Shown here piece by piece: positions 7,501 to 13,838 of a stretch of 32,000 nt of DNA. The DNA is from Horticoccus luteus (lineage in GTDB: Bacteria; Verrucomicrobiota; Verrucomicrobiia; Opitutales; Opitutaceae). The translations under genes and the position numbers were made by a program. The stretch spans positions 3,900,001-3,932,000 of the forward strand of contig NZ_CP080507.1 of assembly GCF_019464535.1 (NCBI RefSeq), given 5' to 3'. Below the pieces are notes generated by a model that saw only the letters and a list, made by a program, of their open reading frames with translations, had not been told where the DNA came from and made no database searches. The first letter of the stretch is position 1, and each line of letters opens with the position of its first letter.

Positions 7501-10385
7501 TCCACATCACTGCCGTCGCCGATCACGAGATTGCCTCCGACCGCGGTGGCGCCGCCAGATTTAGCGAGCACCAAGATACCGCCATTCACCGTCGTGGTGC
7601 CGCTGTAGGTATTAGCGTCACTGCCATTAAACGTAACGGTGCCCGTGCCGCTCTTGATGAACGAACCGCTCCCCGCAATAGTGCCGCCGTAGGTGGATGA
7701 TCCCGAGCTGACCCCGAGAGTCAAAGTGCCGCTTCCCAGTGTGATTTGCCCGGCAGTGCCGGAAATGACATTCAGGCTTTCGTTGAAACCATTGAGATCG
7801 AGGCGGCCGTCCGTATCGAAAGAGATAGAAGGCGCATAATCAGCAATCTGGTCATTCGCGGCCAAGCGGATGATGGCCGAACCTGCACCTCCCGCGCCGT
7901 CACCAATAGTGATCGCGCCTTGGCCGAGCGCATTCAGCGTCGCGGATTTTGCGAGCACGATCGTGCCGTCATTAAGTTTTGTCGCGCCGTAGGAGTTGGC
8001 GCCGGTCCCGGAGAGGGTGAGCGTGCCGCTGCCGTTTTTGATCAGGCTTCCCGTCGAGGTCAGTGACCCGCTGGTGGCAAAATCGCCGGCACCTTCGAAG
8101 GTGAGGTCTGAGCTCAAACTAAGATTGCCGAGCGTCAGCGTGCCGGCCGCGGAGCCGATGGTCGTGGCCCCAGCCAGGTTGAGCGTCGCGTTGAGGGTGT
8201 TGTTGCCGGAAAGATTGTAGATGGCTCCCACTGCACCGGCGCCGGTGCCCTGCACGCTGAAACTCCCCTCGTTGACGGTGATGCCGCCTTGAAGCGCCAG
8301 CGTCGCCCCATTGGCAATGACATTGCCCGAAGTTGAGCCGCCGAGCGCCGCGCTGTTTCCCAGGGTCAGGGTGCCGCCATCGACGTAGGTGAGACCGGTA
8401 AAAGTGTTGGTACCCGTCAGCGTGAGGTTGCCTGTGCCGGCCTTGTGAAAGGTGCCGTAGCTGTCGGTGATCGTGCCCGAAAACGTGGTGTCGGCGGCGG
8501 TCGACGTCGTGAAGTTGCTGCCGCGAATCGAGAGCGTGCCTGAGCCGGAAAGCGCCCCGACGGTTTCACTGTTGGCGCCCCAATCAAACTGGAACGTGCC
8601 CCCAGCGCCGATGATCAGGTCGGAAGCGTCCGCAATGCGGTTGCTGCCGGTGGTCTGAAGAATGCCGCCATTGATGGTCGTAGGTCCCGTGTAAGTATTC
8701 GTCCCGGTTAACAGCCACAGTCCGGCATCGTTTTTGATTAAAGACGTCGTGCCGGTGCCGGGATTGGCGATGATGGAGGCCAACGTATTATTGGCTGTGC
8801 TGGCGCCTCCGAGCGTCAACGTGCGATCTCCACTGCCGCTCATCGCCAGGCTGCCGGTGTTGGTAAAACTCAGCGCGCCGCTCCCCGCGGCTTCGATTGT
8901 CGCGCCGCCCGCGCCCACGGTGAAAAGCCGGTTGGTCGTATCGCTTGTGCCCGCATAGCGCAACGTCCCGCCATCGATCACGAGATTCCCCGCGGCGTTG
9001 GACGAAGCGCCGATGCTGGAATTCGATCCGCCGTTCGCGAGTTTCGAGACCTGCAGCACACCGCCGTCCACGGTCGTGACGCCGGTGTAGCTGCTGGCGG
9101 CGGACGTCAACGCCCACGTGCCGCCGTCGGTTTTCGTCAACGACGTCGCGCCCGTGTTGTTGCCGATGCTGGCCGCGAGGGTGTTGGTGTCCGTATTGGA
9201 ACCGCTGAGCGTAAAGGTGCGCGCATTGGTGCCCGCAAACGTGACGGCATTGGTGCTGTTAAATGTGATGGCGCCGGAGCCGGAAGCATCGAGTGCACCG
9301 CCGCTCGCTCCCAATGTAAACCGCCGGTTAGTCGCATCGCCGCCACCCGTATATTTCAAAGTGCCCCCGTTTATCACCAGATTGCCGGCAGCGTTGGTGG
9401 AATTTCCAATGCTCGATGCCGCGCCACCGGCGGCTAGTTTGCTGACCGAAAGCGTCCCGCCGTTAATAGTGGTCGCCCCGGTGTAAGTATTGGCGGCGTT
9501 GGTTAATACGAGCGTGCCGGCGCCAGTTTTGGTGAGCTTACGACTTCCGCTCGATTGGCTGACGACGCCGCCAATCGTGAGCGAGCTGCCGTTAATCGCG
9601 AAAGTGCGATTAGCCCCTCCAAGACTGAAGGCACCCGTGCCCAAATTGAGATCATTGGTCCCCGCAAAAGTGAGTGTGCCGCCCAGCGTGATCGAAGGAT
9701 TGTTGGTGAGCGTCACCGCGACGCCGCTTGTATTGTCGAGCGTGCCTCCATTGATGGCCATCGCACCCCCGCCATTCGCCGTGGCGCTGTTCAGGTTGAG
9801 CGTGCCGGCGCTTAAGGTCAGCGCGCCCGAAAACGTATTATTGCCCGCGAGCGTTAGCGCGCCATTGCCCGATTTGGTCAAGGTGCGGCCGGAAGCATTC
9901 TGACCGATGCTTTCATTGAAAGTCAGGCTGCCAGTTATGTTATAGGTCGAGTTGGCGGACAGCTGATACGAGCCGGCCCCATCGGAGATGGTGACATCGC
10001 CTTGGCTGACCGTTATGTTGGCCCCCGTTAAGGCTGTGACGGTGTTGAGGCTATAACTGCCGTTTCCCGCGTTGAATACTGCGGCGCTACCGTTGGTCCA
10101 TGCGCCCCAAGTGCCTGCGCCTGAAGAATTATTGTTCCACAACGAGGTCGAAGTATCCCAATTATAGCTCCCGGAGGCAGTGCCGAGACCACTGCCACTC
10201 GTCACGTCGAAATAAAGTTGCGCGCGCGCGCTCGTGGTGAGGCCGACCAAACCTGCGAATAACATCACCGACAGTAGAGCCTTCTGAATTTTCCCTCTCT
10301 CCTTCGCACAGACACGGGTGATCGTCTCAAAGCGACTCTTCGGCCGCGTGAGCGTTAACCCGTGGAGTAAACGAAATGGGACCAT
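4524..10385 (-). CDS. Giant secreted autotransporter-associated beta-strand repeat (PATR) protein with C-terminal PEP-CTERM sorting signal
   Basis: 1953-aa ORF with an ATG at 10383..10385. Signal-peptide-like KIQKALLSVMLFAGLVGLTTSARA/QLYFD. About 1850 aa of Gly/Thr/Asn/Ser-rich repeats of the type GxGTLxLxGxNTYTGxTTINGGTL, the PATR beta-helix pattern. The C-terminus PTPEPATYGVIFLGAGLALVTWRRVRQRRR has the PEP motif, a TM helix and an Arg cluster. There is no autotransporter barrel. The true start may be internal: an AAGGAG Shine-Dalgarno lies 9 nt upstream of codon Ile33 (ATT), and Met41 is another option. Confidence 0.9.
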   Translation of the reverse strand: MVPFRLLHGLTLTRPKSRFETITRVCAKERGKIQKALLSVMLFAGLVGLTTSARAQLYFDVTSGSGLGTASGSYNWDTSTSLWNNNSSGAGTWGAWTNGSAAVFNAGNGSYSLNTVTALTGANITVSQGDVTISDGAGSYQLSANSTYNITGSLTFNESIGQNASGRTLTKSGNGALTLAGNNTFSGALTLSAGTLNLNSATANGGGAMAINGGTLDNTSGVAVTLTNNPSITLGGTLTFAGTNDLNLGTGAFSLGGANRTFAINGSSLTIGGVVSQSSGSRKLTKTGAGTLVLTNAANTYTGATTINGGTLSVSKLAAGGAASSIGNSTNAAGNLVINGGTLKYTGGGDATNRRFTLGASGGALDASGSGAITFNSTNAVTFAGTNARTFTLSGSNTDTNTLAASIGNNTGATSLTKTDGGTWALTSAASSYTGVTTVDGGVLQVSKLANGGSNSSIGASSNAAGNLVIDGGTLRYAGTSDTTNRLFTVGAGGATIEAAGSGALSFTNTGSLAMSGSGDRTLTLGGASTANNTLASIIANPGTGTTSLIKNDAGLWLLTGTNTYTGPTTINGGILQTTGSNRIADASDLIIGAGGTFQFDWGANSETVGALSGSGTLSIRGSNFTTSTAADTTFSGTITDSYGTFHKAGTGNLTLTGTNTFTGLTYVDGGTLTLGNSAALGGSTSGNVIANGATLALQGGITVNEGSFSVQGTGAGAVGAIYNLSGNNTLNATLNLAGATTIGSAAGTLTLGNLSLSSDLTFEGAGDFATSGSLTSTGSLIKNGSGTLTLSGTGANSYGATKLNDGTIVLAKSATLNALGQGAITIGDGAGGAGSAIIRLAANDQIADYAPSISFDTDGRLDLNGFNESLNVISGTAGQITLGSGTLTLGVSSGSSTYGGTIAGSGSFIKSGTGTVTFNGSDANTYSGTTTVNGGILVLAKSGGATAVGGNLVIGDGSDVDTVRLDAANQIASTSAVTFTAGGTPTLNLNGFAQTLGSIASTNSSAVIAFGSPGGATDFTVGDATSTAYAGTFSSGNANGRLVKQGTGTLTLSGTSSGYSGPVLVNQGTLKVQSAGALGAGTAGTTVASGATLQLDSVLAPFNGTLTLSGTGVSGVGALYGTGGNNRWESNITLAGDATIGTNATGYLALGLTTTRYNRALSDPSGTPTDPTTLSLGANTLTLTGTTSAANHIATYINAQVTGTGNLVIAMTNATDTVRMTNNYNPTFTGTTQINNGILSLATLYNTYPADPAHPNFFAINGPVVIGDGTGAANSAQLTIQANTSILYDEMMNYTTPITLKSDGQFSLLAAQTIGALTFNGGNIDLGTTGSLFLNDDVTVNASAGHTATITGSGTSALSLTIHQGPVPVPNATRTFNLVGGAGNTSDLTIGALIYNGSIVKTGAGTMTITSDNHAGYEGTTTINNGTLAITNNSALGQSDGTDTSATLVNGNGTTNGTLQLSNNITVTNEKLTLNNTGYGNNGALRNLSGNNTWNGEVVVNDARTQSDAGLLTLNNTVTINTALEVTGSGNTTISGPVGGATGTLTKNGTGTLIVSGTNTYGGATTINTGVLSLQSNAGLGAATGGTTVSGSGGALELSNAAHGNLTTSAEPLALNGTGISGNGALRNAAGNNTFAGQVTLQSAALLTANTGTTLTLSGGVTSANQAATFGTTANNGNITITGNLTNGSGSLTKAGSGTLAINGTGTNTAGATHLNAGKISVASGATLNTGAFDSAVSTTLIIGSGGTVVSNYASGSTTFSGAIDGTGGGTFQKDGAGTLVFDHSFNAGTGSTLVLNGGTLSLASAANITFGTIHITADTVLDFNGTNGTVLSSANLIIDAGVHITVNNWKSTANQVTQSTVWYATSTVNSGTLSGADHLGNTPLNQITFTNYDGMTTTWVAGNHNGWFDHEIRPTPEPATYGVIFLGAGLALVTWRRVRQRRRAARSSASV
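4527..4640 (-). other. PEP-CTERM sorting domain (exosortase recognition signal) at the C-terminus of the giant protein
   Basis: Reverse complement of 4621..4640 reads cct acg cct gaa ccg = PTPEP. It is followed by the hydrophobic stretch ATYGVIFLGAGLALVTW and the basic tail RRVRQRRRAARSSASV. Confidence 0.8.
8736..9530 (-). repeat. Tandem ~132-aa intragenic duplication inside the PATR protein (aa 286-417 and 418-550)
   Basis: Unit 1 reads KTGAGTLVLTNAANTYTGATTINGGTLSVSKLAAGGAASSIGNSTNAAGNLVINGGTLKYTGGGDATNRRFTLGASGGALDASGSGAITFNSTN... Unit 2 reads KTDGGTWALTSAASSYTGVTTVDGGVLQVSKLANGGSNSSIGASSNAAGNLVIDGGTLRYAGTSDTTNRLFTVGAGGATIEAAGSGALSFTNTG... The two units are colinear over their whole length. 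Confidence 0.7.
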
Positions 10386-10820
10386 GGCCGGGGAGATACC
10401 CCTAGTTATCTGGATCTGAATGGCCCCTTCGTCAATGTCTTTCTTGGGGTCTTAACCCTAGACGCGAGTGGATTTCCGCCCACGACTTAGGCTGGGCCCG
10501 AGCGCGAAGAGGACGCCTCTTCCGTGGGCGTGGCTGCTGCGATCCCACGTCGCGAGACCTCTGCTGCATACAACGACAGTCACTCAAGCAACGGGGCTCC
10601 CCGCAGTCAGATTCGACTTGGACGGTTAAGTCGTTTTTCAGGCTTTCTCGCATCAGACGTTATAACCCAAACGGCATCGTCCACGGCACCGCGAGCGCCC
10701 ACTCTTTCAGTTGTAACTTTGACAAAAACTTTCGATTCAGCGGCATTTTACCGTCGACTTCTGGGGACAACACCCTATCAGGGAACGCAACTTACCCTAG
10801 TCACTACGTCTTTTCGACCC

Positions 10821-13682
10821 ATGAAACTATCCAGCGTGCGCAAGTTTTCATCCTTCAGACTCACCCTGCTCAGCGTCCTCGCATGCGCAGCATGGATACA
10901 AGCAACGCCTGTTGCACGGGCGCAGGATCCCGATCCTACGCCAGTCGTGGGCTACACGCCATCGATCGTTCAGATTCAAGATATGCTGCCGTTCACGCGG
11001 TCGTATACGTTCCAACTTACCTCGCCGTGGAATCATCTCGTCTCCACGCCCGTTCTCTTCGCCGTCACGCCGAACGGAAAGCCCAACGGCGTCACCGATG
11101 CCAAAGCTCTTTCTTACGTCACGGTCTCTCCCGCTCCCCTTGTTTTCACTTCTCCGAATCAGTCGCTGACGGTCACCGTCACCATGCAGTTGCCGGCTGA
11201 CGCCGTGGCCGGTTCTTATGGCTACAAGATCGTCGCAGTGGGTTGGCCGGAAGACCCCTTGCTCGGCTTGAGCAATGTCGGGACCTTCATCAACGCCACC
11301 GTCACCGCCGCAGCCCAGCCTCTCACCCCTCCGCAAGTTTCGATCGCCACGCCGGCGAACAACAGCACCGTGAGCGTCGATATCTCGCAGATGCCGGTCG
11401 CGGTTCCCTTTACGTTCACCGCCATCGGACCGGGCCCGAACCCCAGCCCGGTTGATAGCATCAGCTACGACGTCGACGGCGATGCCGGCTCGGTAACCAT
11501 CAACTCCCTTGCCACCCTGAACACCCTGAGCGTTACGGGCACCGGCAGTATCCTCGTCACGAATCCCGGTCAGCATGTCGTGACCGTGCGCGCCCACAAC
11601 GCCGCCGGCACCGCCACCGCCACCAACACCTTCACGGTTGTTACCACCGGTCAGGACCCGGCCACGCCTCCGGAGGTCGTCATCAATTCGCCCTACGACG
11701 AACAGCAATTCACCGTACCTTACGCGTCCCTCGATGCGCAGGGCCGCGCCAGCATCCCGCTGACGTTCACCGCCACCGCCTCACCGACGTATCCGATTCT
11801 ACATGTCGATGCCGATGTCGACGGCACGCCCGTCAACACCCTGGACAACCTCCGCAGTCCCACCGTGGAGTCCGGTGGCACGATGCTCGTCAAGGTCGGT
11901 TCCCACACGGTCACGGCGCACGCGAACAACTCTGTCGATAGCGCCCAGGACATGAACGACTTCACCGTTATCGTCACCGATGCCCCGCCGCCGGTCGTCG
12001 TGATCGACACCCCGGCCGATGGCACCGTCAAAACCTTCAACGTCGATGATGCGCCGTATATTGTGCCGCTGCACTACACCGCCAACAGTGTCGCCAAAGG
12101 AGGCGCGATTCGTGCCGTCCTCGCCTTCCTCGATGGCTCCGACACCCCGCTCGATGCGACCGTCACCGGTCTCGATACACCGACTGCCACAGGCGCCATC
12201 GATCTCTCGTTCACCGAGGCAGGTCAGCACACCGTGAGCGTTACCACGATGGACGACTACGGCAACGCGAGCGCCACCTCGACGTTCACCATCAATGTCG
12301 TGGATCCGCAACCCACGATTACGATCACCGCTCCGACTAATGGCACGGTCATCACTTTGGGCTGGGGCTGCAACTCGACCAACGTCGCCTTCAAATTCGT
12401 CAGCGGCACCAGCAATGGCTTCACCGTCGACACCGTCACCGGTCTCTTAAACGGCACGACGCCCGTCACGATTTCCACCAACTCCCCCGCCCTCGGCACC
12501 GCACAATCCGTCACGAGCACCGGCACCCTGTACGGTCTCACCGCAGGTTCCTACACCCTCACGGGCACGACCACGAGCTCCGGCAAATCCGCGACCGCGT
12601 CGATTTCCTTCACCATCCAAAGCCGCTACGTCGCCCCGCCGACCGTCGTCATTACAAGCCCCGCGCCGAACACGACGTTCTCGATGACCTCCGGTCAGTG
12701 CCTGAGCATCCCCCTCACCTTCACGGGCACCAGCAACTACAGCGGCGGATTGATCAACCAGCTCACCGCGAAGCTCGACGGCGTTGCCCTGACCGTCAGT
12801 CCCTCCTCCCCGAATCTCAAGGTCGCCAACGGCACTGCCACGATGGTGGTCAAGACCGCCGGCACACACACGATCGTCGTGACCGCCAAAGATGGGGTCG
12901 GCACCGCGACCGCCACCCAGACCTTTAACGTCGTCATCGTTTGCCCGAAGAAAATCACCGGCAACGTGTTTTACGACGTCAACGCCAACGGCAAAGTCGA
13001 TTGTCGCGAGTCCGGTCAGGCGAACGTCACCGTTAAGCTGACCAACGCCTCGAACCAAGTGATCGCGACGACCACGACGGACCGCTGCGGCAACTACACG
13101 TTCGCGAACGTCGCGCCCGGCACCTACACCGTCACGGCCGTTCCCACCAATGGCATGAAGCCGACGCCCTCCGGCGATTCCGGCAGCCGCAAAGTGACCG
13201 TTTCGACCAAGGATGTCTGCGCGCCCGTCATCGGCCTCGGGCTGAACTTCTCGTGTATCCGCACGATGAACGCCTACTGCAACACCCGCGATTACTGGCA
13301 ATGCAACGTGTCCAACGCCGTTTCCGGCCGCGACCGCAATTGCCAGATTCCTTCCAAGACGCTGAACAACTACACGAAGTGGATCGCGTGCGACGACACC
13401 CCGCACCGCAACATCTCGATGAAGACGGCGTGCTCCAACCTGGGCTCGCGCAGCTCGCAGTGCAAAGACGGCCTCTCCCAGGAATTGCTCGCCGCCAAAT
13501 ACAACTTCGCCAACGGCTGCTATTTGAACGGCGACAAGGATCTCACGGCCCGCTTCATCAGCTGGGGCGATGACACCTTGAACAACTGCAACAGCTACTC
13601 GAGCAGCTACGTTTCCAACTGCCGGGATTGGTTCTCGTCCTACAATAAATCACGCGGCTGCCTTAACGGCCCCTCGTCGTAA
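10821..13682 (+). CDS. Secreted multi-domain surface protein: signal peptide, N-terminal beta-sandwich, five tandem Ig-like repeats, SdrD/Cna-B-like domain, Cys-rich C-terminal domain
   Basis: The track ORF starts at GTG 10524. ATG 10821 instead gives MKLSSVRKFSSFRLTLLSVLACAAWIQATPVARA/QDP, a clean signal peptide. Five ~105-aa repeats each begin PPxVxIxxP and end TATATxTFxVV. KITGNVFYDVNANGKVDCRESGQANVTVKLTNASNQVIATTTTDRCGNYTFANVAPGTYTV matches the SdrD B-like/Cna-B pattern. The last ~155 aa contain 12 Cys. An intrinsic terminator follows the gene. Confidence 0.85.
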   Translation: MKLSSVRKFSSFRLTLLSVLACAAWIQATPVARAQDPDPTPVVGYTPSIVQIQDMLPFTRSYTFQLTSPWNHLVSTPVLFAVTPNGKPNGVTDAKALSYVTVSPAPLVFTSPNQSLTVTVTMQLPADAVAGSYGYKIVAVGWPEDPLLGLSNVGTFINATVTAAAQPLTPPQVSIATPANNSTVSVDISQMPVAVPFTFTAIGPGPNPSPVDSISYDVDGDAGSVTINSLATLNTLSVTGTGSILVTNPGQHVVTVRAHNAAGTATATNTFTVVTTGQDPATPPEVVINSPYDEQQFTVPYASLDAQGRASIPLTFTATASPTYPILHVDADVDGTPVNTLDNLRSPTVESGGTMLVKVGSHTVTAHANNSVDSAQDMNDFTVIVTDAPPPVVVIDTPADGTVKTFNVDDAPYIVPLHYTANSVAKGGAIRAVLAFLDGSDTPLDATVTGLDTPTATGAIDLSFTEAGQHTVSVTTMDDYGNASATSTFTINVVDPQPTITITAPTNGTVITLGWGCNSTNVAFKFVSGTSNGFTVDTVTGLLNGTTPVTISTNSPALGTAQSVTSTGTLYGLTAGSYTLTGTTTSSGKSATASISFTIQSRYVAPPTVVITSPAPNTTFSMTSGQCLSIPLTFTGTSNYSGGLINQLTAKLDGVALTVSPSSPNLKVANGTATMVVKTAGTHTIVVTAKDGVGTATATQTFNVVIVCPKKITGNVFYDVNANGKVDCRESGQANVTVKLTNASNQVIATTTTDRCGNYTFANVAPGTYTVTAVPTNGMKPTPSGDSGSRKVTVSTKDVCAPVIGLGLNFSCIRTMNAYCNTRDYWQCNVSNAVSGRDRNCQIPSKTLNNYTKWIACDDTPHRNISMKTACSNLGSRSSQCKDGLSQELLAAKYNFANGCYLNGDKDLTARFISWGDDTLNNCNSYSSSYVSNCRDWFSSYNKSRGCLNGPSS
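11325..12941 (+). repeat. Five tandem Ig-like domain repeats (about 105 aa each) within the secreted protein
   Basis: Repeat starts: TPPQVSIATP, TPPEVVINSP, PPPVVVIDTP, PQPTITITAP, PPTVVITSP. Repeat ends: GTATATNTFTVV, SAQDMNDFTVIV, NASATSTFTINV, SATASISFTIQ, GTATATQTFNVVIV. Each has an internal GxHTVTV/TA motif. Confidence 0.75.
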
Positions 13683-13706
13683 GCCTGTAGCTCTCTCATC
13701 CCTTCC

Positions 13707-13735
13707 AAGGGCGGCCTTTCCGGCCGCCCTTTTTT
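13707..13735 (+). terminator. Rho-independent terminator downstream of the Ig-repeat protein gene
   Basis: aaGGGCGGCCtttccGGCCGCCCtttttt: a perfect 8-bp GC stem (13709..13716 with 13722..13729), a 5-nt loop and a T6 tract (13730..13735), 25 nt after the stop codon. It lies between convergent genes, so it may also stop the minus-strand operon, although the U-tract on that side is poor. Confidence 0.8.
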
Positions 13736-13838
13736 GCGTCCGCGAATCGCCTGCGACCGCGGCCTTCTTCCTTGCGCTCCTCCTCTGCAAATCGCGCAGT
13801 CGCCCGCCCGCTCTCTTCGCCTCTTTGTTTTTCGAGCC

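Noticed and set aside
10220-10231. (GC)6 alternating dinucleotide tract in the signal-peptide coding region of the giant adhesin, a possible phase-variation tract
   Set aside because: It encodes Ala-Arg-Ala at the signal peptidase site with preferred GC-rich codons. Similar (GC)5 runs occur elsewhere (for example 25932..25941). Six units is short for slipped-strand switching.
4524-10385. Classical type V autotransporter call for the PATR protein
   Set aside because: The C-terminus is a PEP-CTERM signal, not a ~300-aa beta-barrel translocator ending in an aromatic residue.
10524-10820. N-terminal extension (GTG 10524) of the Ig-repeat protein ORF
   Set aside because: The extension precedes a perfect signal peptide that begins at ATG 10821. 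It lies in the lower-GC intergenic region and would bury the signal peptide 100 residues inside the protein.
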